In this document: one piece after another, positions 34,908 through 44,119 of the stretch | Layout of the letters: the number at the start of each line of letters is the position of its first letter | How positions within the stretch are numbered: position 1 is the first letter of the stretch | Source: Flavobacteriaceae bacterium | Lineage (GTDB): Bacteria; Bacteroidota; Bacteroidia; Flavobacteriales; Flavobacteriaceae | Reading direction: 5' to 3' | Assembly: GCA_029243245.1 (NCBI GenBank) | Contig: JAQWSK010000013.1 | Location: 16,025 to 80,024 of the forward strand | DNA length: 64,000 bases | Notes under the pieces: model-generated | Told to the model about the DNA's origin: nothing | Database searches by the model: none | The model's input: only the letters and a program-made list of their open reading frames with translations | Translations under genes and position numbers: made by a program

Positions 34908-35843
34908 ATGCTTAATAAAAACTTAAAAATTTTTATAGCTGGTCATAAAGGAATGGTGGGTTCTTCTTGTTGGAGAAAATTTAATGATCTTGGATTTAAA
35001 AACCTTATTGGAGTTTCTAGAAAAGAATTAAACTTAACAAATCAATTTGATGTTTATAGTTTTTTTAGAGATAAAAAACCTGATATAGTAATTGATGCTG
35101 CAGCTAGAGTTGGTGGTATATGGGCAAATAATGAATACGCGTATGAGTTTTTAATGGAAAACATGTTAATTCAGAATAATTTGATTAATGCCTCACTTAT
35201 TAATGAAGTAAGCAAATTTGTTTTTTTAGGATCATCATGTATATATCCCAAGAATGCACCTCAGCCAATAAATGAAGATTATATTTTAACAAGCTCTTTG
35301 GAAAAAACTAATGAATCTTATGCATTGGCTAAAATAACAGGTGTTAAGTTGTGTGAATCTATTTTCACTAAACAGAGCAAGCAGTTTATAAGTCTAATGC
35401 CAACAAATCTTTACGGACCAAATGATAATTTTGATTTAAAAACATCTCATGTCTTACCCGCAATGATTAGAAAGTTTCATGAAGCTAAAATTTATAATAA
35501 GCAGAATGTTGAATTATGGGGAGATGGCTCTCCTATTCGAGAATTCATGTATGTAGATGATTTAGTTGATGCAATTTTATCTGTATGCGAAAATAAAATG
35601 GATAGTTATATTTACAATATTGGAAGTGGCATTGAAATTAGTATAAGTCAATTAGCTGATTTAATAAAAAATATTATTTCTTTTAAAGGTAATGTGGTTT
35701 GGAAAAAAGAAATGCCTAATGGAACACCAAGAAAATTTTTAAATTCTGATAGAATAAAAAAATACGGATGGAGATCTAATACCAATATTATAGAAGGAAT
35801 TGAAAAAACATATAACTGGTATATTAACAATGTCTTAAATTGA
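34908..35843 (+). CDS. fcl: GDP-L-fucose synthase (GDP-4-keto-6-deoxymannose 3,5-epimerase/4-reductase)
   Basis: IFIAGHKGMVGSS and YALAKITGVKLCE. 311 aa, directly after gmd. Confidence 0.9.
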   Translation: MLNKNLKIFIAGHKGMVGSSCWRKFNDLGFKNLIGVSRKELNLTNQFDVYSFFRDKKPDIVIDAAARVGGIWANNEYAYEFLMENMLIQNNLINASLINEVSKFVFLGSSCIYPKNAPQPINEDYILTSSLEKTNESYALAKITGVKLCESIFTKQSKQFISLMPTNLYGPNDNFDLKTSHVLPAMIRKFHEAKIYNKQNVELWGDGSPIREFMYVDDLVDAILSVCENKMDSYIYNIGSGIEISISQLADLIKNIISFKGNVVWKKEMPNGTPRKFLNSDRIKKYGWRSNTNIIEGIEKTYNWYINNVLN

Positions 35844-36952
35844 AAACAGTATATTACTTTACTAATGTTTTTCCCCATTATAGAAAACCAATATGGGAAC
35901 TTTTAGTTAATGAGAATAAGTACGATTTTAACATTTTCTATTCAAAAAAAAAATTAAATGGTATTGAGTCAATTGACAATAAATCTAAGAGTTTAAAAAA
36001 TTTACATTTAATAAATAATTATTTTTTCTTTGGAAGATTAATTTGGCAGACTAGAGTTATAAGAACAATTATAAAGAATGATTTTGATATTGCAATATTT
36101 ATGGGTGAAATGAACGTTCTTTCTAATTGGATTGGAGCTGTAATATGTAGAATTTTGAATAAAAAGGTTTTTTTTTGGGGACATGGCCTTTATGGAAATG
36201 AAAATTTCGGAAAAAAATATATTCGAATACTATTTTTAAAATTAGCAGATATTAATATTTTATATGAAAATAGATCTATGAATTTAATGATTAAAGCGGG
36301 ATTTGATAAAAGTCAAATGAAAGTGATTTTTAATTCATTAAACTATGACCTGCAGCTGAAATTATTTAATGAATTAGAACTTAGTTCTGAAAAGGGAATG
36401 TCTCAATTTAAAAACAATCTTAAAACTATAATTTTTGTTGGTCGATTAACAAAAATGAAAAATATTAAATTACTAATTAATACCGTTAATTTAATTAATA
36501 CCGAGAGTCCCAGAGTAAACTTGCTTATCGTGGGTGATGGTCCAGAAAAATTAGATTTAGAAAAATATGCTAAAAGACATTTATCATCTAAAACTTTTAA
36601 ATTTATTGGATCTATTTATGATGAAAAAAAGTTATCAAAGTATTTTTATGCTTCATCATTAACTGTTTCTCCCGGAAATATTGGTTTAACCGCAATTCAT
36701 TCATTAAGTTATGGGACACCAGTAGCATCTCATGATAATTTAAAGAATCAAATGCCAGAGGTTGAATCAATTATAGATGGAGACAATGGTTTTTTATTCA
36801 AAGAGAATGACCAAAAGGACCTAGCTCATAAACTTTTATGTTGGATTTTAAAAAAAGAGCCTAAAAAGAGGGTTGTTCGTAAAATTATTGATGAAAAGTA
36901 TAATCAGTATTTTCAGAAAAAAATTATGGATGAATTAATCCTAGATTTATGA
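35840..36952 (+). CDS. Glycosyltransferase, GT4 (Glycos_transf_1) family
   Basis: IIFVGRLTKMKNIKLLI and the E-x7-E region EVESIIDGDNGFLF. Apparent TTG start overlapping the fcl stop; the first in-frame ATG is ~88 codons in. Confidence 0.7.
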   Translation: MKTVYYFTNVFPHYRKPIWELLVNENKYDFNIFYSKKKLNGIESIDNKSKSLKNLHLINNYFFFGRLIWQTRVIRTIIKNDFDIAIFMGEMNVLSNWIGAVICRILNKKVFFWGHGLYGNENFGKKYIRILFLKLADINILYENRSMNLMIKAGFDKSQMKVIFNSLNYDLQLKLFNELELSSEKGMSQFKNNLKTIIFVGRLTKMKNIKLLINTVNLINTESPRVNLLIVGDGPEKLDLEKYAKRHLSSKTFKFIGSIYDEKKLSKYFYASSLTVSPGNIGLTAIHSLSYGTPVASHDNLKNQMPEVESIIDGDNGFLFKENDQKDLAHKLLCWILKKEPKKRVVRKIIDEKYNQYFQKKIMDELILDL

Positions 36953-38208
36953 TCAAAATTATAAATATATCTACAACAAATAGAGGAGGTGCAGGAAACG
37001 CTGTTGATAGAATTAATAATATATTAAATCAATTTTCAGATTCATGGGTAATTTTATTAGCTGGAAAAAAGAAAGCCAAAACAGTAATTATTCCAAACTT
37101 TGATTTCTATTTTATTATAATTAAATTAAAAAGATATTTAACTCACTTTTATCATAGGTTTTTTTCAAGAAAGTATATTAAAAAATATAATTATTACAAT
37201 TACAATGAGTTTAATAATTATATCATTTCAAATAAATTAATAAAGTATTTTTCATTTAGTCCAGACATAATAATAGTTCATTATACATCACATTTTATAA
37301 ATTTTAAAACTATTTATGAGCTGCAAAAGCTGACTGGAGCTTTTATACTTTTTAACATGTTAGATACTGCTTTTTTGACCGGAGGTTGTCATTACTCGTG
37401 GGATTGTATTGGGTATACCAAAAGCTGTAAAAAATGCCCTGCATTGACTCGTAAATCAGAAACTAATTATTCTTTAGTTAACTTTCGAGAAAAATTAAAA
37501 TATCTTAAAAAAATTGATTATGCAATAAATGTATCTTCTTCATGGGCTTTAGATCAAGTAAAAATGAGTAGTCTTTTTGATATAAAAAAAGCTAGTTTAA
37601 TTTTTTATCCGATAGATGAAAAAATTTATAAGTCAAAAAAAATAGATTCTTTAATAGGGATTAGTAGTTTTAATAAAAAAATCATATTAGTTGGTTCCCA
37701 AGACTTGAATGATGAACGTAAAGGGGGAGAATATTTAGTTAAATCTTTGGATTATACATATGAATCTCTAAGTGAAAACAGAAGATCAGAAGTAATTGTT
37801 TTGATAGCTGGAACTAAACCGAAAAAATTTAAATGTAAATTTTCATATTACTTTTGTGGACATCTTAATACTAATGAGCTTATTGATGCTTATAATTTTG
37901 CAGATGTTTTTCTTTGCTCATCTATTGAAGATAATGGACCAATGATGATTAACGAATCTTTAATGTGTGGAACACCAGTTGTTTCTTTTGATGTAGGAAT
38001 CTCTGGCGATCTTATAAATAAAAGTAATGGGTTTATTGCAGAAAATAAAAACAGTATTGAGCTATCAAAAGGAGTTATACATGTTTTATTTAATAATAAA
38101 ACAAATAGTTTTTCAAAAGCTTCAAGAGAATTCGCTTTAAAAAATTACAATAATGAAAAAATTAAAAATGACTGGAAAAAACTTATTTATAACTTTATAA
38201 AAACGTAG
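36949..38208 (+). CDS. Glycosyltransferase, GT-B fold (GT4-like)
   Basis: C-terminal VFLCSSIEDNGPMMINESLMCGTPVVSFDVG. ATGA overlap with the upstream GT gene. Confidence 0.6.
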   Translation: MIKIINISTTNRGGAGNAVDRINNILNQFSDSWVILLAGKKKAKTVIIPNFDFYFIIIKLKRYLTHFYHRFFSRKYIKKYNYYNYNEFNNYIISNKLIKYFSFSPDIIIVHYTSHFINFKTIYELQKLTGAFILFNMLDTAFLTGGCHYSWDCIGYTKSCKKCPALTRKSETNYSLVNFREKLKYLKKIDYAINVSSSWALDQVKMSSLFDIKKASLIFYPIDEKIYKSKKIDSLIGISSFNKKIILVGSQDLNDERKGGEYLVKSLDYTYESLSENRRSEVIVLIAGTKPKKFKCKFSYYFCGHLNTNELIDAYNFADVFLCSSIEDNGPMMINESLMCGTPVVSFDVGISGDLINKSNGFIAENKNSIELSKGVIHVLFNNKTNSFSKASREFALKNYNNEKIKNDWKKLIYNFIKT

Positions 38209-38240
38209 TTTTGAAATTGTACAAAAAGCATTAATTAATT

Positions 38241-38879
38241 ATGGATGAAATTTTATTACAAGAAGATTTTGTTACAGAAGTGAATTATTTAAGAGTTTTA
38301 ATTGCTGTCGTTATATCTCTTATTTCAACTTATATTATTGAAAAAAATTATTTAAAATATTCTAATTCCAGAGAAAATAAGATATACTTCACCAGAAACT
38401 TATATCCATTTTCTCTGGCGATGTTATTAATAGTAATCACTATTAAGTCTTCCCTAGCATTATCTCTAGGTTTAGTAGGAGCCCTTTCAATAATTAGATT
38501 CAGAACAGCAGTTAAAGAGCCTGAACAACTCACTACATTGTTAATAATAATGGCTATATCAGTTTCATTAGCAGCAGAGAAGGAACTTTTAGGAATTATG
38601 TTTTTATTTATTTACATCATATTCTATCCAAGAAAGAAAGTAGATGCAATTTCAGCTAATTCAACTAATCAAATTCTACAAGTATCGTTTTTAAAGGATG
38701 ATAAATCAATAATTTCTAAAATTATGATCAATGATTTTTCTGATAAAATAAATAGAGTTTACAAGACTAAAGAAAAAATTATTATAGAATACACTGTTAC
38801 AGATAAAGCGTTATTCGAAGACATTTTAAATTACTTTAATAATAATTTGAAAATAGATATTGATTTTGAAATTTTTTAA
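38241..38879 (+). CDS. DUF4956-family membrane protein
   Basis: 4-5 TM segments with the family hallmark LVGALSIIRFRTAVKEPEQL. Confidence 0.7.
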   Translation: MDEILLQEDFVTEVNYLRVLIAVVISLISTYIIEKNYLKYSNSRENKIYFTRNLYPFSLAMLLIVITIKSSLALSLGLVGALSIIRFRTAVKEPEQLTTLLIIMAISVSLAAEKELLGIMFLFIYIIFYPRKKVDAISANSTNQILQVSFLKDDKSIISKIMINDFSDKINRVYKTKEKIIIEYTVTDKALFEDILNYFNNNLKIDIDFEIF

Positions 38880-38882
38880 ATC

Positions 38883-40394
38883 ATGAAAAAAAAATATATA
38901 ATATCAATTACATCTATTATTGTTTTATATTTTTTAGCCTTTACTTTTTTTTCAAACTACTATTCTAATGTTAAAAGTGATTTTTTGTGGAGACTTCCTG
39001 GGTTTAGTTATTTTGATAAAGTTTTTCAAAAAATTCCAACAAAAATTTTTTATTTTAATCCAGAATATACAAATAAAAAAAACGCTGATTTCATAGTTTT
39101 ATTTAGTGAAAATGATCAAAGAATAAATGATTCATTAATAAAGGTAGCAATTAATAACATTGAACTTTCTGATGATCAAAAAATTTACAGACAAGCCAAT
39201 GCAATTTTTAATAATCAAAAATTCAATATAAAGTACAAGTTTCATGGAACCTCAATCACGCCTTATTTGGATCATAGAAGGTTAAGCTACTCAATTAAGT
39301 CTCAAAATAAAATATTTGAAACAAAAGATTTTAAGCTTATAATTTCATATGAAATGGATTATAAAAATATTTTTTTAAATTATTTATCCAATGAGCTTGG
39401 TCTAATTTCTGAAGATTCGGGAAGAATTGTTTCAGTAAATTTAGGAAATAAGATTAATGATTATTTTATGTATGAGGATTTTGATAGATCATACATTAAA
39501 AAAAAATATGGATTTATAAACCCATTAGTTGTTCGAAATCTAACTTTTTATAATGAAGTTAATTCTCATTTTTCTGAAATTGATAAATATTCATATGATT
39601 TAGACTTAACCGAAATGTCATATGATTATTTTTTGAGATGGGATAAATTAAAATCACTTAGCTATTATAACTATTCCGATAAAGAAAAATTGATTTATGG
39701 TAATTTTTTAGCTTTCATATATTTTTTTGGAAATCCCCATCAAATAACAGGAAATAATGATAAGTGGATAATAACAAAAAATTATATATTACCTGTTTAT
39801 AGAAATGAAGGGGTTATTCAAGAATATAATTATGGATTAGATTCAAATTTTGATAATCAAGTTTTTGAAAATTATTTTTCAAGTAATACCCATAATGTGT
39901 ATAAACAATATGTGCTTGACGATGAAATCAGACATGAAAGAAATAAAAAACTATTTGAATTATATAAAAATGAAGATAAAATAATTGATATTTTTGATTC
40001 TATCTATAATGCAAATATTGATAAACATAAAAGGTATAATACTAATTATTTTAAAATAAAAAACAATCATTTTAATTATAAAAATATTATTTCTAAAAAC
40101 ACAAATAATATAAGTAAACACCTTAAAACAGGAAAAGTAATTTCTTTGTTAATTGAAGATACACTTAAAATATCAATGGAGTCATATATGAAAATGCATG
40201 TAAATGTAAATGATGAAATATATGATTATAATCCAATAAAACTTGAATTGAAAAACAATAAAATAATTTCAAAAAGAAAAGAGTTTAAGATTCACATAAA
40301 TAAAGAAATAAAAAAACTTGAAATTGTTAACAGAGTTACTAATGACACTTTAAAATTATCAGAAGATTTTAAACTTCTGGAAGTTTCAAAATAA
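38883..40394 (+). CDS. CotH-like (atypical kinase family) protein with an N-terminal membrane anchor
   Basis: Anchor IISITSIIVLYFLAFTFF. Core FKLIISYEMDYKNIFLNYLSNELGLISEDSGRIVSVNLGNKINDYFMYEDFDRSYIKKKYG follows the CotH pattern (K-x-sf-L..D.s.lre.la..l..G, NG.y.GlY.l.E). The match is by eye. Confidence 0.55.
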   Translation: MKKKYIISITSIIVLYFLAFTFFSNYYSNVKSDFLWRLPGFSYFDKVFQKIPTKIFYFNPEYTNKKNADFIVLFSENDQRINDSLIKVAINNIELSDDQKIYRQANAIFNNQKFNIKYKFHGTSITPYLDHRRLSYSIKSQNKIFETKDFKLIISYEMDYKNIFLNYLSNELGLISEDSGRIVSVNLGNKINDYFMYEDFDRSYIKKKYGFINPLVVRNLTFYNEVNSHFSEIDKYSYDLDLTEMSYDYFLRWDKLKSLSYYNYSDKEKLIYGNFLAFIYFFGNPHQITGNNDKWIITKNYILPVYRNEGVIQEYNYGLDSNFDNQVFENYFSSNTHNVYKQYVLDDEIRHERNKKLFELYKNEDKIIDIFDSIYNANIDKHKRYNTNYFKIKNNHFNYKNIISKNTNNISKHLKTGKVISLLIEDTLKISMESYMKMHVNVNDEIYDYNPIKLELKNNKIISKRKEFKIHINKEIKKLEIVNRVTNDTLKLSEDFKLLEVSK

Positions 40395-41983
40395 TGAAAA
40401 AGGTAATATTTTTTTGTTTGATAATTTGCCTGTGTTTAGGATGTGAGAATAGTAATAATTCGAAAGATAAATTTTTGAAATTTGATTTCAAAAACAAAAA
40501 TCTACATAAATTATTTTATGGTAATATTTATTATAAAGTAAATGGCTTTTCATCAACTTATAAAGGGGTAAAATACAGATTAAGTAAACCAAACAATTTT
40601 TTTATTTTGGAGTCTGAATTAAATGAGTTTAATAATAACAACAAAATTATTTTATTTGATGAGGATGTGGACTTTGAATTATACATACATGACTTGGATA
40701 CACTTAAAACTGAAAAATTAGTAATTGAATTTAACAATTATTTAAAAAAAACTTTTTCATATTTTCCTGTTTTTAGCTTAGAGTTTTTGGAAAAGGCTAA
40801 AAACAGAAACTCAAAAATTTATACAATTTCCAATGAAAAACTCGAACCTTTTTTCATTGATGATTTAAATTATCAATCTTTAGATGAGCTTAAGAGCATA
40901 AAGTTTTATAATAAAACATTAAAAAACTTGAAATCACTTGGCGCATTTAATTTATTTCCTAAATCATACTCAGATGTTTTTATAATTCACAACCCCATAA
41001 CAAATTATTATTCTTTATTTCCTGATATTAAAAATTTTAAAAACCTTAACAACAAATTATTATTTCCTGAATACTCAAAAAAAATAAATAAAATCGTTTT
41101 GAAAAAAAAATTGCATTTAAAAAATGATACAATTATTAAGAATGATTGGAAGGAGTCAAGCATAGACTTAACAGTTTCAAAGGGAGTTAAAATTATTCTT
41201 GAAAATAACGCCTCTATTTTTATAAAAAATTCAAATATTATTTTTGAGGGAGATTATAAAAATAATGTTGTTTTTTTTGCTAAGGGAACCAATTCCCTTT
41301 ATTTTGATAACATTTCTGATGCTAAAATTCTTTATACGAAGTTTCAAGGATTTAGCAACCTCAAGAATGATTCAATTGCTTTGCCTTCAGGAATAACATT
41401 TTATAATTCTAATGTTGAAATAAATCATTCTTTATTTTCAAATAATAAAAGAGGGGATGATTTTTTAAATTTGTATAATTCAGATTTCAACATTTCAAAC
41501 ACTACTTTTCAAAACGTTATTTCCGATGCAATAGATTCTGATTTTTCTAATGGCACTATACTGAACTCTAAATTTATTAATATAGGAAATGATGCTATTG
41601 ACTTAAGTGGGTCTAAAGTAATTGTAAAGCAAAATTTATTCAATAAAATAGGAGATAAATCTGTAAGTGCAGGAGAAAACTCAATATTGAAAGTAAAATC
41701 TAATACTTTTAAAAATTCTGAGCTCGGAATTGTGGTTAAAGATGGTTCCGAGGTGATATCAGAAAATAATATTTATAACTTTAATAAATTAGATATTGCA
41801 GTTTTTAGAAAGAAAAATTATTATGATCAGCCCATTTTAAAAATGAATGAAAATTTAAAAAGTCTCAAATATTTAATTCAAAACAAATCAAAAATAATTA
41901 GTAAATCTACAGATAGTATTATTTACACAAAAAAAGTTGAACAAAGACTTTATGGAAATGAATATGGAAAATCAAGTAACTAA
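40394..41983 (+). CDS. Lipoprotein with a right-handed parallel beta-helix (pectin-lyase-fold) domain
   Basis: Lipobox ICLCLGC. The C-terminal half has PbH1-like repeats NVISDAIDSDFSNGTILNSKFINIGNDAIDLSGSKVIVKQNLFNKIGDKSVSAG. Confidence 0.55.
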   Translation: MKKVIFFCLIICLCLGCENSNNSKDKFLKFDFKNKNLHKLFYGNIYYKVNGFSSTYKGVKYRLSKPNNFFILESELNEFNNNNKIILFDEDVDFELYIHDLDTLKTEKLVIEFNNYLKKTFSYFPVFSLEFLEKAKNRNSKIYTISNEKLEPFFIDDLNYQSLDELKSIKFYNKTLKNLKSLGAFNLFPKSYSDVFIIHNPITNYYSLFPDIKNFKNLNNKLLFPEYSKKINKIVLKKKLHLKNDTIIKNDWKESSIDLTVSKGVKIILENNASIFIKNSNIIFEGDYKNNVVFFAKGTNSLYFDNISDAKILYTKFQGFSNLKNDSIALPSGITFYNSNVEINHSLFSNNKRGDDFLNLYNSDFNISNTTFQNVISDAIDSDFSNGTILNSKFINIGNDAIDLSGSKVIVKQNLFNKIGDKSVSAGENSILKVKSNTFKNSELGIVVKDGSEVISENNIYNFNKLDIAVFRKKNYYDQPILKMNENLKSLKYLIQNKSKIISKSTDSIIYTKKVEQRLYGNEYGKSSN

Positions 41984-42587
41984 ATATAGGTCTGAATTAA
42001 AATATGTTTTTAAATCAAGTGAATACTCATTGATTAAAAATCAAATAATTAGTTATGGGTTTGAAAAGGCACATGATTATAATATTGTTAACAATATTTA
42101 TTTTGATTATAATCAAAATTCTTTGATAGATAATATTGAAGGTGAATCATTAAGAACAAAATTTCGAATTAGATGGTATAATGATTTTAATGGAAAGTGT
42201 ATATTTGAAAATAAAAGCAAAATTGGTAATTCTGGAACAAAAACTAGAATAAATCTTAAAATAAAAAATATTCAAGATGCCAATGAATTAAAAAAAAAGG
42301 TTAAACCTATAATTAATGTAAATAAATTTAAACCAAATATTCAAAATCGATACTTTAGAGAATATTTTATAAATAATGGGATTAGAATTACTCTAGATTC
42401 TAATATTAAGTACTTTAGATATGGAGAGTCAAACTTTAATATTTATGAACCTAAAAACATAATGGAAGTCAAGTTTGATAATCATGAAAGTTTTGAATTA
42501 GATTTTTTAAATAAAATAATTTATTTAAAACTTGACAAATATTCTAAATATTTAAATGCTATGAATCTTTTAAAAGTATATAATTAA
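41952..42587 (+). CDS. VTC-domain (polyphosphate-polymerase-like / triphosphate tunnel) protein
   Basis: YRSELKYVF...NNIYFDYNQNSLIDNIEGESLRTKFRIRWYND matches the bacterial VTC-domain pattern (E.KY..., YFD, K.RiR.Y). No signal peptide. The ORF track starts at TTG 41937; in-frame ATGs are at 41952, 41958 and 41964. Confidence 0.7.
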   Translation: MEMNMENQVTKYRSELKYVFKSSEYSLIKNQIISYGFEKAHDYNIVNNIYFDYNQNSLIDNIEGESLRTKFRIRWYNDFNGKCIFENKSKIGNSGTKTRINLKIKNIQDANELKKKVKPIINVNKFKPNIQNRYFREYFINNGIRITLDSNIKYFRYGESNFNIYEPKNIMEVKFDNHESFELDFLNKIIYLKLDKYSKYLNAMNLLKVYN

Positions 42588-42620
42588 AAAATTTAATTTT
42601 ATTCCTTAAAACTAATAAAA

Positions 42621-42752
42621 ATGATTTTATTTTATATTGATCCTGGTACAGGAATGATTATTATTCAGTTAATTGTTGCTGGGTTTGCAAGTGTCTTAAT
42701 TTTTTTTAAATCTATAAAACAAAAAATCAAAGATTTTTTTAAAAGAAAATGA
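42621..42752 (+). CDS. Micro-ORF (43 aa) encoding a single-TM peptide, translationally coupled to the downstream gene
   Basis: Not in the ORF track. My translation is MILFYIDPGTGMIIIQLIVAGFASVLIFFKSIKQKIKDFFKRK. Its TGA overlaps the ATG of the 456-aa ORF (ATGA at 42749-42752). Confidence 0.35.
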   Translation: MILFYIDPGTGMIIIQLIVAGFASVLIFFKSIKQKIKDFFKRK

Positions 42753-44119
42753 GAGATAAAGGTTCTTTTAGAGACCCTTCAGGGTATGTTTTTGTTGAAG
42801 ATGATAAAATTTATCGGTTAGTTAATAAATGTTATAAAGATAATTTTGAAAAACTTCAAGATTCTGGCCTATTGAAAGACCTTTTCCAGAAGGAACTTCT
42901 TGTAAGGCATGAAATTGTTAAATATTCCAAAAGTTATGATCAAAATCAATATTTAGTTTTAGATGTTGAGAAAATTAAAACAATCACATATGCATATGAG
43001 TGGTCATTCTCTCAACTTAAGGATGCAGCTTTAAGCACTCTTGAAATTCAATTAATCTCTGTAAGCAAGGGTATGACTTTAAAAGATGCTACCCCATTTA
43101 ACATTCAATTCAAAGAAAATAAACCAATTTTTATCGATACTTTAAGTTTTGAAGAAATTAAAGATGAAAATTATTCTTGGAAGCCATATAAGCAATTTTG
43201 TGAGAATTTTCTTTCACCATTAGTTTTAATGAGTTATACTGATCCAAGACTAAATAAAATTTTGATGAATGATATAAATGGAATACCAATAGATTTGTCA
43301 CTTAAGTTGATTCCCTTAATTAAGAAATTTATTCCTTCTATCTTTATTCATTTTGTTTTGCCCAGCCTTTTTACATCCAAAAAAAAATCTAATTCTGATT
43401 TAAAATCAAAAAAAATATCTAAAAGCCAACATTTAAGTATTATTAATCAATTAATTGATTTTATTAGTTCTCTTAAATTACACGACAGTCTAAGTGAATG
43501 GGGTGATTATTATAATGAAACAGTTAATGAAAAAAAAGATTATGTTATAAATAAAGAAAAATTATTAAAGTCATTTACAGAAGGTATGATTATTTCAACT
43601 ACTTGGGATATAGGATCAAACGATGGTTTTTTTAGTAGTGTAATAGCCAATTCATCTAATTCATATGTTTATTCCTTAGATATTGATTGGAGAAGTGTAG
43701 AGTATAATTATTTAAGAAATAAAAAAAATAAAACCAAAAACATTCATCCAATAATATTTGATTTTTCAAATCCTACTCCTGCCTTGGGATGGTTAAATAT
43801 AGAAAGAAAAAACCTTTTTGAAAGGCTTGACGAGCCAGATTTAATAATGTGCTTAGCTTTAATGCATCACGTAATTAATGCTAATATTCCTTTTGATCAA
43901 TTTATCAATTTTTTAAAAAAAACTAATAAATATGTTATCATTGAATACATTCCATTTAATGATCCAAAATGTCAAGAAATTTATAAAACTAGAAAAGAAG
44001 AAATTATATATCCAACAGAAAAAGAATTTATTAATTTGATTTCAGAATCTTTTAAAGTTATTTTAAAGGGGATAATTGAACCAACGGAAAGAAAACTTTT
44101 TTTAATTGAAAAAAAATAA
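42749..44119 (+). CDS. Two-domain protein: kinase-like N-domain fused to a class I SAM-dependent methyltransferase
   Basis: N-terminus GSFRDPSGYVF. Catalytic-loop-like LKDATPFNIQF (D-x4-N) followed by PIFIDTLSFE (DFG-equivalent Asp). The C-domain has TWDIGSNDGFFSSV (SAM motif I) and LIMCLALMHHV. Confidence 0.5.
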   Translation: MRDKGSFRDPSGYVFVEDDKIYRLVNKCYKDNFEKLQDSGLLKDLFQKELLVRHEIVKYSKSYDQNQYLVLDVEKIKTITYAYEWSFSQLKDAALSTLEIQLISVSKGMTLKDATPFNIQFKENKPIFIDTLSFEEIKDENYSWKPYKQFCENFLSPLVLMSYTDPRLNKILMNDINGIPIDLSLKLIPLIKKFIPSIFIHFVLPSLFTSKKKSNSDLKSKKISKSQHLSIINQLIDFISSLKLHDSLSEWGDYYNETVNEKKDYVINKEKLLKSFTEGMIISTTWDIGSNDGFFSSVIANSSNSYVYSLDIDWRSVEYNYLRNKKNKTKNIHPIIFDFSNPTPALGWLNIERKNLFERLDEPDLIMCLALMHHVINANIPFDQFINFLKKTNKYVIIEYIPFNDPKCQEIYKTRKEEIIYPTEKEFINLISESFKVILKGIIEPTERKLFLIEKK

